DNA of 64,000 bases. Origin: a virus. Taxonomy: Duplodnaviria > Caudoviricetes. Below the pieces are notes generated by a model. The model was not told the origin of the DNA, ran no database searches, and saw nothing but the letters and a program-made list of their open reading frames with translations. Below are positions 38,401 to 45,996 of this stretch, in pieces. Made by a program: the position numbers and the translations under genes. Location of the stretch: positions 1-64,000 of IMG/VR virus record IMGVR_UViG_3300043013_000026. One strand, 5' to 3'. Positions within the stretch are counted from its first letter, which is position 1. Every line of letters begins with the position of its first letter.

Positions 38401-39029
38401 CAAACGCTATGGAGATACTTTACAAGGCTAACAATAACCTGACGAAGTATCAACAGTTCCTTTACCCTGCCGGCTTTGGATGTTATCTCTATCAGCCTAC
38501 CGTTAAGGACGGCGAGGAGCTTGACCCTCAGTATGCTTCGACAAACTGGTATCTTCCCGCTTGTGGTGAAGAATATCGTCAGTATAGCTTCTTTGCTAAA
38601 TCAAGAACAGGCGGCATGGGTGATACTTATTCTGTTGGTCAGAATACATCTCCAGCTGCAAGTGTCATTGACAAAATGATTACTGACGCATTGGCTTCAG
38701 AGGAGTCAAATGAAATAAATTTGAATGTTTCTCCCTCTCATGTGGAGTACAGAAACTATACTGGTATAGAGATGGCTGCAATTAACCGCTATTTCCATAG
38801 CCTTGTAGAGGCTGAGAAACCGATTTATTCGATGGCTCTTTGGCGTGCTTTGGTGGCAAATGGTTCCGCACCGTTCACCCAGCACAGCACTGGCTACCAT
38901 TGGTCATCCACCGAGTACTCATCCAACTACTCGTGGTTCGTCTATTTCGGCTATGGTTATAGCTACTACTACAGCAAGTGCTTCACTTTCGTTGTTCGCC
39001 CTGCTGTAGCCTATCAGTTTTTTCTTTAA
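32472..39029 (+). CDS. DGR target: very large tail fibre/adhesin with C-terminal C-type-lectin-fold variable domain
   Basis: Start likely MAKRTII; WYLPACGE and WSSTE...W.V.F..G...VRP motifs; 3' end matches TR. Confidence 0.9.
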   Translation: MAKRTIIDSAIPSIDTPWDDGKNAYSGKAVEDFIKSQLSSKIGYAVIPQEKDTDGYYHIWGFASQSAYNDYLTDTVGGASLRLLNVAIPLLEEQGGVSNIVTLTRNSAASLVTSKAVASVNVSYLWQQYNPVTKETTDQDEDATIVVSCRTQNSSGTWGSWDSSKSFSVNIQSGQTKTIDLSSLLTSDATYQVRLVATGETSGISASPVTMTIVYSNVSATYDGSIATAYKGGSIQLPFRITGSVQKQLRIKINGYTKNYTLGTTTYTDNTYGAAVTQTEFGLARGAVKAEAWIAFGDNYSAETEHQEFQFIYIPEGDTVTTPILAVTDVVSEFENWTRTTIFRYAIYNPQKDSTTVRLTLQDRDTGQIYIQKDQECVNGTAYEFDENFAMEYEGDDQPTTINAQVTFTNTSGVTYGNSINFTVDNSENFAPTKGANVIVSAEKKTITIDDVSYELNDLLSDTEDTNSGWSSNAETDATGASVNVPVLSIAAGNRVTIPYELFDDNTGRNDGGVEGSITMEFDIKVKNIVGDAEIIDASADFNGGYTGLKFYPTRAVCLSRNNYTEELADVNFQEEVREHIAINIIRNLRGEGMNLVRIYVNGKSNRSFIYTDEDYFTPIGEKGAQNIIIGSDEADVDVYGIRIYKGQQLGSTQIQNDYMAGMPTIEDKKLFKRYNSIYNGSEIGYDLCNAMGLNTILRKIPEGGHYPSRENQSKQTNVTIDVRIYNERGNADSLDMKHSGTFVGMTDKGQGTSAKGYYWWNITDGFEDDVEIELADYNASDPTHYTSDGKYYRKKSYFNSLDGTSQVYASKYELEDGRGGITKLVGKANYASPMQSHKLGAIWMYDELWQTLVNDGSDDRPVLSNTHVTCYEKPFLCFYQIGNGNPIFCGFQTWGSGKGDKKTFGYDKKKSPGYLCISGADNGAIAALFQMPWNVSQNADGAWEGNIYAKSVTINTGDVKNGYCYKSGTSDTLSFEVEIGNKYDGGETDKGVLRIEDEAKGESETTLFTTFAEFANFLFACSPLLKPYAGTESQLIADSANLTRDHQYWLFNSGSDRYNVYYYNPATSKFEKVSKIPTAWGSDGRAYAYGSPKLTEQLAGVTITVDTVNGSQSMTLEDALSTLGTSDMNVVNDCFSKARVAYFANHASAYIDTKDVIFHQCQIKLLGGTDNRTKNTYYCIDPAIDLLVRLKQDDLDTILKTDNQGRQTKPYYVLEHTKDASGSNYWNGENNVLYTLIERAYPERMRTMMRNMFAQMAQIAGSVENYFQQRFYWVQEYFPAVAYNETSRLLYEVAQVKLMNGLIDVSQDPITQAVGDQLECEKQFMNQRLPMLMSWCEYETGGDGTVSFRSVNSVSGQSPTYDIEYTAYQYIYPKLAVGGYIATLYAKIDGEWVSQGSDPYLCAPGETVRLVIASTDSNTQFTLRWMHYAKSIGNLGTLPCGEDGSVTITGKRLRKLECWSEDGVPIEFHPKGLVISNCRNLEEVNLTNASAFSGTFSADLPRLRKLLLSGSAYTSASLPKTSTLTEVELPSTVNAITVDGQPNLASLTIDGLSSLRTLRIVGKHKIQKQTQSIVQLAYSQAANANSVQIDNVSWTGVSVDVMMWLQKLKASLTGTISLTGTVTFANKVALVGIYGNIDSTSNSLYLSYTKRSINSITVNGLTYISETGTYQYEVVCSPSTGNDVAIKDGKLDVLWEIDDAAKAYASFTDSVNGVLKVTKLDESGTDTRYVAQCTVTKTGGTTLVSEFQVGFYRRIPKIGDFAYADGTFDDQYLKDKTLVGIIYKIDEMWQGDGDAEPTIYTGYNKPTETYKASHKLVGYQLSIDCKENLPCKSTDGFINTGSTVWGLYPSNDSNGHTAIQNEIIAATGISSIFDLPGISNISSRGLSGGTSNDYVTTGNYIDTNEDDGFKDYSTGSGCVTDWSGKNKTLAIVKHATQIISAYLLSEANESVATNYDDDDGVNHEFAEVPTTVEEMANAMEILYKANNNLTKYQQFLYPAGFGCYLYQPTVKDGEELDPQYASTNWYLPACGEEYRQYSFFAKSRTGGMGDTYSVGQNTSPAASVIDKMITDALASEESNEINLNVSPSHVEYRNYTGIEMAAINRYFHSLVEAEKPIYSMALWRALVANGSAPFTQHSTGYHWSSTEYSSNYSWFVYFGYGYSYYYSKCFTFVVRPAVAYQFFL
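38884..39010 (+). repeat. DGR variable repeat (VR)
   Basis: 127 bp colinear with 39716-39842; all 17 mismatches are at TR adenines. Confidence 0.97.
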
Positions 39030-39036
39030 TCTTCCT

Positions 39037-39061
39037 GGCGAGTTGCCTCTGGCAACTCGCC
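39037..39061. promoter_or_regulatory. DGR target-recognition hairpin/cruciform
   Basis: Perfect 11-bp stem GGCGAGTTGCC-TCT-GGCAACTCGCC 7 nt after the target stop. Confidence 0.8.
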
Positions 39062-39089
39062 TATAACTGTTAAATAAATTTAAAAATCA

Positions 39090-39605
39090 ATGGAAATCCA
39101 AGGCAAACAAATGTCTTTTGAAGAGGTATGCGACCTGTTTGATACTGGCGTACCCACCGAACCCGGAGAGCAAGTTATTCTCTCTAACGATGAAATTAAC
39201 CGCGCTCGCCGCAACAAAAGAGCAGCACAAAAGAAGGCTGCTGGCTTTCAAAACACGCCCATTTACAGGTCGTTACATTCTTCAATGAGACTGCTTATAG
39301 AAATTGTACAACTTATGCCGAGGAAGACTGTCAAGATTACTGACATGCTTCTTCAAAACTATGCTGAGATGATCCGATGGACCGCTTCGGCATACAATCA
39401 CCGTGATCCGCTACTTAAACAAAATGCTATCGAAGAATCTATTTCTTTAATGAGCGTGATAAAGATCATGCTCAACTGTATGTCCGGTCTCGTTAGCGAT
39501 AAGAAGCACAAGCAGCTGACTGCATCATTTGATGCCGTGACGCGCCAACTCGTAGCATGGCGCAGCTCATTAGAACAAAGCGAGGGTCCCGATGATGAAG
39601 CCTGA
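39090..39605 (+). CDS. avd: DGR accessory variability determinant (Avd-like four-helix bundle)
   Basis: PIYR...MPR...VTRQLVAWRSS pattern; located between VR and TR. Confidence 0.8.
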   Translation: MEIQGKQMSFEEVCDLFDTGVPTEPGEQVILSNDEINRARRNKRAAQKKAAGFQNTPIYRSLHSSMRLLIEIVQLMPRKTVKITDMLLQNYAEMIRWTASAYNHRDPLLKQNAIEESISLMSVIKIMLNCMSGLVSDKKHKQLTASFDAVTRQLVAWRSSLEQSEGPDDEA

Positions 39606-41073
39606 TAAACGCTACATCGGGAGAGAGCTTAGAGCTTTGCTCGGATATGGGCGGTTGACTCCGTGGCATGGTATTAACTATGTCCGGAGTTACGAAGCTG
39701 CACAACCGCATATAAACAGCACTGGCAACCATTGGTCATCCACCGAGAACTCATCCAACAACTCGTGGAACGTCAATTTCGGCAATGGTAATAGCAACAA
39801 CAACAACAAGTACAACACTAACGTTGTTCGCCCTGCTGTAGCTCATCCGACAAAGGCTTGGCTTCAACTTAGGCAGACTCTCCAATTAGCCTATGAGGAT
39901 TGTTGTCGAGGTAAGACTTCCAGTCAACAATGTCAAGACTATATCCCTATCGCTAACGAGGACCTGGATATACTTACTACCGAACTTATAGAAGGAACAT
40001 ACAAGCCCACTACATCAACATGCTTTCTCGTCAGATTTCCGAAACTTAGAGAGGTATTTGCAGCCGCTTTCCGTGACCGTATCATACATCACTGGATATG
40101 TATGCGATTAGTGCCGCATTTTGAGGAACTGAACGAGAGCATAGGAAACGTTACGCATAACTGCCGTGTTGGATTTGGAACACGTTCAGCGGTTAACAGC
40201 GTATTCAACGCAATCAAAGAAGTAACTTACAGCTATGGTCAGGAAGCCTATCTTTTTAGAGGTGACTTGGTTGGCTTCTTCATGTCCTTACCTCAGCGCC
40301 GTATGTGCGACCAGCTTATTGAGTTTACACAGGCGCAATATCATGGCGATTTCAAGAACTTGCTCATTTGGCTCATAGAAGTAGTTGTTATGCACCGACC
40401 CGAATTGAATTGTATGTTCAATTCCAAGCCCGCTGATTGGGCTGGGTTGGCGCATAATAAATCTCTATTCCGTTCCGGCAAGGGACGAGGTGCGCCTATT
40501 GGAAATCTAACCACCCAGCTATTTGCCAATTTCTACATGACGGACTTCGATGCTTTTATGATGGATTGTGTAAAGAAACTGGAAGCTCAAGGCATCCGTT
40601 GTTCATTCCAGCGTTTTGTAGATGACTTTATCATTGTTTGCAACAACAAGAAAGCATTGAAGTGGATGATTAAAGCGGCTGAAATCAAAATCAAAGCAAT
40701 GGAGCTGACGATGCACAAGGACAAGCGTTACATCCAACCTACGAGCAAAGGAGTGATGTTTGTCGGCTCATACCTGAAGAACGGTCGCATATATCTCAGT
40801 AATCGCACACTTGGCCGTTTCCGTGATAAGGTTATCGGCATTGAGCGTTACATGAAAGTTTCGGAACGAGAAATCACCTCAGCCGACCTCGATCATATAC
40901 TTGCTACTCTCAATTCATATCTTGGCTTTTGTAAGGACCGCAAAACATATCGTTTGCGCCGACGTATTATGAAGCCGCTTATCTATTCGCATGAGTTTAA
41001 GCGTTACTTCAAAATCTCAAGATATGTCACAAAAGTTACTCTGAAAAAGAAATGGAAAACTATTATTAGATAG
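39592..41073 (+). CDS. DGR reverse transcriptase
   Basis: LAYEDCCRGK, PKLREVFAAAFRDRIIHH, DLVGFFMSL, GAPIGNLTTQLFANFY, RFVDDF, GVMFVG, NSYLG. Confidence 0.95.
   Translation: MMKPDKRYIGRELRALLGYGRLTPWHGINYVRSYEAAQPHINSTGNHWSSTENSSNNSWNVNFGNGNSNNNNKYNTNVVRPAVAHPTKAWLQLRQTLQLAYEDCCRGKTSSQQCQDYIPIANEDLDILTTELIEGTYKPTTSTCFLVRFPKLREVFAAAFRDRIIHHWICMRLVPHFEELNESIGNVTHNCRVGFGTRSAVNSVFNAIKEVTYSYGQEAYLFRGDLVGFFMSLPQRRMCDQLIEFTQAQYHGDFKNLLIWLIEVVVMHRPELNCMFNSKPADWAGLAHNKSLFRSGKGRGAPIGNLTTQLFANFYMTDFDAFMMDCVKKLEAQGIRCSFQRFVDDFIIVCNNKKALKWMIKAAEIKIKAMELTMHKDKRYIQPTSKGVMFVGSYLKNGRIYLSNRTLGRFRDKVIGIERYMKVSEREITSADLDHILATLNSYLGFCKDRKTYRLRRRIMKPLIYSHEFKRYFKISRYVTKVTLKKKWKTIIR
39716..39842 (+). ncRNA. DGR template repeat (TR)
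   Basis: AAC/AAT-rich invariant counterpart of VR, 14 AAY codons. Confidence 0.95.
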
Positions 41074-41085
41074 AAGGACTCTGAT

Positions 41086-41733
41086 ATGAAACAAGTATAT
41101 AAATTCAACACGGAGCCTGCCACAATCAGTAATGGCGGCTATAAAAAGGGCAGCTGGATAGTCTGGCTGAACCTTAATGTGGCTGAAATCGAAGAGCCGC
41201 AAGAAAACCAACCTGAGCGTTTTGAGAGCGTGACTGACCGTTACGTGCTCTCTGATAAAACGCTCTCAGCATTTTTGGATGTAGTTGATCCGGCACATCT
41301 GGCTATGGCATCTAATACCGAACTGGAGGCGATACTGCGTTATTTCCAGGTTGATGAGGATATTGATAGCTGGAAGGCAATCCGTAAGGTTCAAATACAA
41401 GGTTACGACAGCAGCAATAAGGTGAATCAATTCTACCTGAACGATGTCGCTTTGTGGCTTGACAAGGCTACCAGAGTCGGGCTTGTTAACTCTATCACTA
41501 TCGAAAAGGAGGCAGGACGAGAAGAAACCTGTTTGTGGTTCGATGGATTGATGGTTCGCATGAAAGTTACCGATGCACTGGCAGCGCTTTCTCAGCTTGA
41601 ATTGTATGCTTTGGATTGCTATAACGTGACCGCTCAGCATCAAGTAGCTATCACTCAAGCGCAAGCTATTGATGAATTACGTGACTTTGACATCACTGCC
41701 GATTACCCGGAAATGCTCCAGTTCAAAATGTAA
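41086..41733 (+). CDS. DUF4376-like tail fibre assembly protein
   Basis: YDSSNKVNQF...WLDKATRVGL...LELYALDCYNVTAQH...DITADYP. Confidence 0.7.
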   Translation: MKQVYKFNTEPATISNGGYKKGSWIVWLNLNVAEIEEPQENQPERFESVTDRYVLSDKTLSAFLDVVDPAHLAMASNTELEAILRYFQVDEDIDSWKAIRKVQIQGYDSSNKVNQFYLNDVALWLDKATRVGLVNSITIEKEAGREETCLWFDGLMVRMKVTDALAALSQLELYALDCYNVTAQHQVAITQAQAIDELRDFDITADYPEMLQFKM

Positions 41734-41774
41734 GAATAAGAGCAGCGTCTATCCCCTTTATGAAGGAGATTTGA

Positions 41775-41790
41775 CTATTCTCTATAAAAG
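41775..41790 (+). promoter_or_regulatory. Candidate late promoter (copy 5, variant)
   Basis: CTATTCTCTATAAAAG upstream of ATG 41803. Confidence 0.45.
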
Positions 41791-41802
41791 ACCAGAACAG
41801 AT

Positions 41803-44800
41803 ATGGGTACAATCGCAAAAGGTGAAATAACTCTTAATACGGTAAACGACGCTTATACAGTGGCGATTACCCCGGCGTCTTGTACCATTAATGCTGATTT
41901 CGATGGCTCGAACCCTAAGCTGGATAATGCTAAGGGTGTGATTACGGTTAAGCGTGGTTCAAAAGACCTTCTCTTTGGATTGGTTAACGTGACGACAAGC
42001 TCCTCAGATGTTTCAGTCTCGGTTTCTGCGTCAAGTGGCGTAGCAATTCAATTCCTTTTAAGCTCTATCTCTAACACAACTCTGTCAGGGTATGTGGATT
42101 TTGAGATTGTCGTTCTTGATAACACTAATTATCAAACCACTGTGCGTTTCTCGTTCTCAGTGATTCGTGAAGCAACAATGCTTGATTGGATTCAAGACTG
42201 GGAAGGCACTAAGACAAAAGTTGGTGGTACATACATTATGACCCCTAAGCTCTTTGTCGGCAAGAAGGAAGATGTCATCACTTATGTTGATGATGTTCCG
42301 ACATGGAAAGAAGGTGCGCTTACAGGCGTTTATATCGGTCCGGACCTTCTCAGTTCGGGCGAGAATAGCGTCGGCATTTATGGTTATCTAAAGGACAAGG
42401 AAATCTTTCATATTAACGCTGAAGGAGGCTTGATTGGTGGCTGGACTATTAATGAGACCGGTCTCCAGTCTTCTGACGGCGTGCTCAATATTTTAGCTGA
42501 AGGCTCGATTTATGCGCAAGATCCAAATTCATCAGACCCGTATTGGGGGCTTTATTCTGATGGTAGCGCGATTTTTGCTAAGGGTAACGTGTCTTTCAGC
42601 TCAAATGGCGATGCTTCATTTGCAGGCACTATTAGGGCTTCAGGCGGTAATATCGCTGGGTGGACTATCAATACTCGTCAGCTGTATAACAATAAGACTA
42701 TTATTGATTCAAACGGTTGGATTGGTATTGATGCGTCACTCTTTCAAAGCATAAACATAAAGACTGGTATTATTGACTTTCCGGAAACCCCAACCGGCGG
42801 TGTGAAAATGTGGTACACATCAACCTCAGATTTCGGCTTTGCAGGTTGGAGCGTATCTGGTAAGGTGTTCCAACTTGGCTCAACCAATATGATTGCCGGC
42901 TGGAACTTCAACACTGCTGCTATATGGACCGGAAGTGATGCCCCGTATCTTACACAAAACGCTTATGCGACCAATTCAGGAGAGTTGACATTAGCTCCCA
43001 ATGGATTGCGCTCTAATAAGTGGTACATTGACGCTGACGGTACTGCCGCTTTTGTAGGCGGTTCTGTTAGCTTTGGAACGGAGACTGCTGAGATGTTCGG
43101 GTGGCTGATGAGAGACGGAAGATTTTCATCCTCTCATGCCGCACTCATATCTCAGGATTCGTATTGCGGTTTGTTTGTGTCTCCAGCTGATTTGAGTGAG
43201 ATAAGTTCATCAGCGTTATTGACTACCATTAATCGTAATGGTGGCATTTACATATATTCTGACGGAGCAAACTCTATAATGAGGGCTTATGATAAGTCAG
43301 GAAATAAGAGCTTTTATCTCAGTACTGCCGGCTATAATTCAATCGCTGCATGGATATTTGATGATACCGCATTGTATGTTGGCTCATCAACGTTGGCAGA
43401 TGACGGATTTGCTCAAGCAAATTCTATGTTGCTGCTAAATAGTGGTATTTATGGACATTTATGGAAGCTTGTTAAAGATGGCTCTGGCGCTTTAGCCGGA
43501 GGTAAAATCAGTTGGGACACTGATGGCGCCGGCTATGTTGCTGGAGGTAATGTAAGCTGGGATGCGAGTGGTGCCGGTTCAATCGCTGGTGGAAAAATCA
43601 CTTGGGATGCAAATGGCGTGATGTCTTTTGACGACTCTGTTAAGTTGTTCTGGGAAGAAGGCATAACCGCTGCTCAGATGATGGCATTTGGCACTATGCT
43701 TTATCGTGATCCAGAATTTGCAAGTGGATATAACGATACAAAATCATACTTATATAGTCGTAACGTCAGCTTAACGGTTGGCGACTATTTGTCATTCCTT
43801 CAGACGAATGGCATCAAGCTTATTGGCTCAGCTCGAATTACTAAAATTCGCATTAAGGGTATTGATACTCCGCTATGGACCGGTTATCAATGGCTGTCTA
43901 ATTCTACGTCTATCCAGTTCGTAGAAGCTGATGCGTTGAGCGATTTAACTGCATCCTCAGTAATCGTGTTTGAAGGCGATGGAGAAGGAGGCACAATCAC
44001 TTTAACCGACGACAGCACGACTGATTATTGTTTGTATGACCCTGATGATTCAAGCGCAATAGGCACAGCCAGTGTTAATTTGACGAAAAGTATAGCCGAT
44101 GACGATACTGCCCCTAATGATAGTGGCAAAGTATTAAGCATGTCCGTTTCTCGCTGGCGTAATGCTTCAGATTTACGATTAGCGGGCTTTGCGTTTGCAA
44201 ATGACTCAAAAAAGAATGGTCAGTTTTTGGTGCGCATTGTGGCTAAGATCCCGGTTGGCTGGAAGATTAGTAATTTTCACAATGCCTATGGCGATGGAGG
44301 CACATCTAAGTGGCTCACGTCTCGTAGTGGCACTGGCGCATATACTGAATATCTTTGTCTTGTAACGTGCGGTGAGGATGGCACATTTAGCACCATTAAT
44401 CATTTTGCACTGGAGATTGATAACGATAGTGGCTATGCTGTGTATGGTGATGTAACAGATGGTTCTTTAGCTATCCGCATACGTAATGGTCTTACCCCCC
44501 CGCAATTAGTTCTATCAGTAACATGGAAGGTTGCAGTTGCTACGGTGTATGACGCCACATCCTCAGATAAGGTTACTACATATATTGATAAAAATGGTAT
44601 TTATACCGGAACACTGAGAGCTGACCAGATTGCTGCTGGTACGATTACGAGTGATTTGATTGATACAGATAGCTTAATCGTTAAGCATTTTTTTGCTGGC
44701 TATAGTGACGCTCAACACATTGAAATTGAGCCAGATAATAAACAGATAGCTATCTATGATGAAAACGGCATACTTGGAACTGCACTTTCAGGCAATACGT

Positions 44801-45996
44801 ATTCCGATGGCGCTGATGAAATTTACAAAAATAGCACAAAAGGTACAGTCGATTTAACCCCAACCGTTAGCGCTAACTCGATTCAAAAAGGAACGATTGA
44901 AAATGTTGGAACTGTTGGCGTTCAAAGAAAATTTGCATTGTATTCAACCGCATGGTACAGTGAAGACCCAGTACGCCTAACTTTTGATGCAGGTAAGGTT
45001 GTATTGCAGGTTTATTCAACAGGCTATAGCGAAACAGATAGTGGCACATCTTCTAACAACAGTAGCCAAGATATATTGCCGCCAACATTTGAAACGGCCA
45101 CAAAATCTTATGCTGAAGCGTATGTGTGCTTTTCACTTGAGGTTGCAGATGACGCTGATTTTACCACCAACGTTAAGTCGTATTATATATGGAGTAAATC
45201 AGCTTACGCATCATCGTCTCAAGCTGTTGTTACCAGTAGTGGGTCGCATCCGGCTATTTCGAGTAGCAATGTTGGCTCAGGCTCGTTAGCGTCTGATTCA
45301 CTAATGACTTCACGCACTGTGACATCACAAAGTAAAGGGTATCACAGAGTTGTGATGAGTGGTTATGTTGTCGCCAAAATGAGCGGTAGCTATGCCAAAA
45401 TCACTTGGGGAAGTTCATATTCCGGCGGCGCAAATTTGGCAGCTACATATCTAAATGAATTTTATATTAGCCGATACTTCGCAAATGGATTTTGCCTCGG
45501 TATTTCCGCTTCTCAGTACGTTTCCGTATGGAAAGATGCAAAAGATAAAATGCACTTTAAGGCAGAGGAATCCGGGTATGGCTTGATGCTTTCAGACCAA
45601 GGCCTGCAATATAAACATCATAGTGGTAGCTGGATGAAGATGCCGTTGCTTGTTTGGAAAGGGCAAATCACATGCAATTCATCAAGCAGCACATATTACG
45701 CAAGTAAGCATTTGTCTTTTAATGGACTGTCTATTACATCAGTTACAAGAAAGACAAATAGCGACGACTCAAATATTTCTAAGAATCACATCCATTTAGT
45801 ATGTGCTTTCCCTGATTCGTGGAGTACACTAAATCTGTCTGTTAGCAACACTATTGTTAATCTGACAGGATATGGCGATACGATGATGAAAGGAACATTA
45901 GTGTCGATGTCAAATACGTCGATGACAATAGAAATAAGCGATGATGCCTCTGCTAATGACGGAGATTTGTTAATTGAAATTTATACAATAAGCTAA
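41803..45996 (+). CDS. Tail fibre / receptor-binding protein, 1397 aa
   Basis: Repeated IGGWTI/IAGWTI/IAGWNF and GGKISWD motifs; IYTGTLRADQI. Confidence 0.7.
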   Translation: MGTIAKGEITLNTVNDAYTVAITPASCTINADFDGSNPKLDNAKGVITVKRGSKDLLFGLVNVTTSSSDVSVSVSASSGVAIQFLLSSISNTTLSGYVDFEIVVLDNTNYQTTVRFSFSVIREATMLDWIQDWEGTKTKVGGTYIMTPKLFVGKKEDVITYVDDVPTWKEGALTGVYIGPDLLSSGENSVGIYGYLKDKEIFHINAEGGLIGGWTINETGLQSSDGVLNILAEGSIYAQDPNSSDPYWGLYSDGSAIFAKGNVSFSSNGDASFAGTIRASGGNIAGWTINTRQLYNNKTIIDSNGWIGIDASLFQSINIKTGIIDFPETPTGGVKMWYTSTSDFGFAGWSVSGKVFQLGSTNMIAGWNFNTAAIWTGSDAPYLTQNAYATNSGELTLAPNGLRSNKWYIDADGTAAFVGGSVSFGTETAEMFGWLMRDGRFSSSHAALISQDSYCGLFVSPADLSEISSSALLTTINRNGGIYIYSDGANSIMRAYDKSGNKSFYLSTAGYNSIAAWIFDDTALYVGSSTLADDGFAQANSMLLLNSGIYGHLWKLVKDGSGALAGGKISWDTDGAGYVAGGNVSWDASGAGSIAGGKITWDANGVMSFDDSVKLFWEEGITAAQMMAFGTMLYRDPEFASGYNDTKSYLYSRNVSLTVGDYLSFLQTNGIKLIGSARITKIRIKGIDTPLWTGYQWLSNSTSIQFVEADALSDLTASSVIVFEGDGEGGTITLTDDSTTDYCLYDPDDSSAIGTASVNLTKSIADDDTAPNDSGKVLSMSVSRWRNASDLRLAGFAFANDSKKNGQFLVRIVAKIPVGWKISNFHNAYGDGGTSKWLTSRSGTGAYTEYLCLVTCGEDGTFSTINHFALEIDNDSGYAVYGDVTDGSLAIRIRNGLTPPQLVLSVTWKVAVATVYDATSSDKVTTYIDKNGIYTGTLRADQIAAGTITSDLIDTDSLIVKHFFAGYSDAQHIEIEPDNKQIAIYDENGILGTALSGNTYSDGADEIYKNSTKGTVDLTPTVSANSIQKGTIENVGTVGVQRKFALYSTAWYSEDPVRLTFDAGKVVLQVYSTGYSETDSGTSSNNSSQDILPPTFETATKSYAEAYVCFSLEVADDADFTTNVKSYYIWSKSAYASSSQAVVTSSGSHPAISSSNVGSGSLASDSLMTSRTVTSQSKGYHRVVMSGYVVAKMSGSYAKITWGSSYSGGANLAATYLNEFYISRYFANGFCLGISASQYVSVWKDAKDKMHFKAEESGYGLMLSDQGLQYKHHSGSWMKMPLLVWKGQITCNSSSSTYYASKHLSFNGLSITSVTRKTNSDDSNISKNHIHLVCAFPDSWSTLNLSVSNTIVNLTGYGDTMMKGTLVSMSNTSMTIEISDDASANDGDLLIEIYTIS

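Larger units (their letters stand above)
38884..41073 (+). mobile_element. Diversity-generating retroelement cassette (VR-hairpin-avd-TR-RT)
   Basis: All canonical components present in BPP-1-like order. Confidence 0.95.

Noticed and set aside
39037-39061. Hairpin as a simple intrinsic terminator
   Set aside because: No downstream U-run on the + strand; position just after VR fits the DGR recognition hairpin better
39592-41073. RT as group II intron, retron or Abi RT
   Set aside because: TR/VR pair with adenine-only mismatches, avd and DGR-type motifs identify it as a DGR RT
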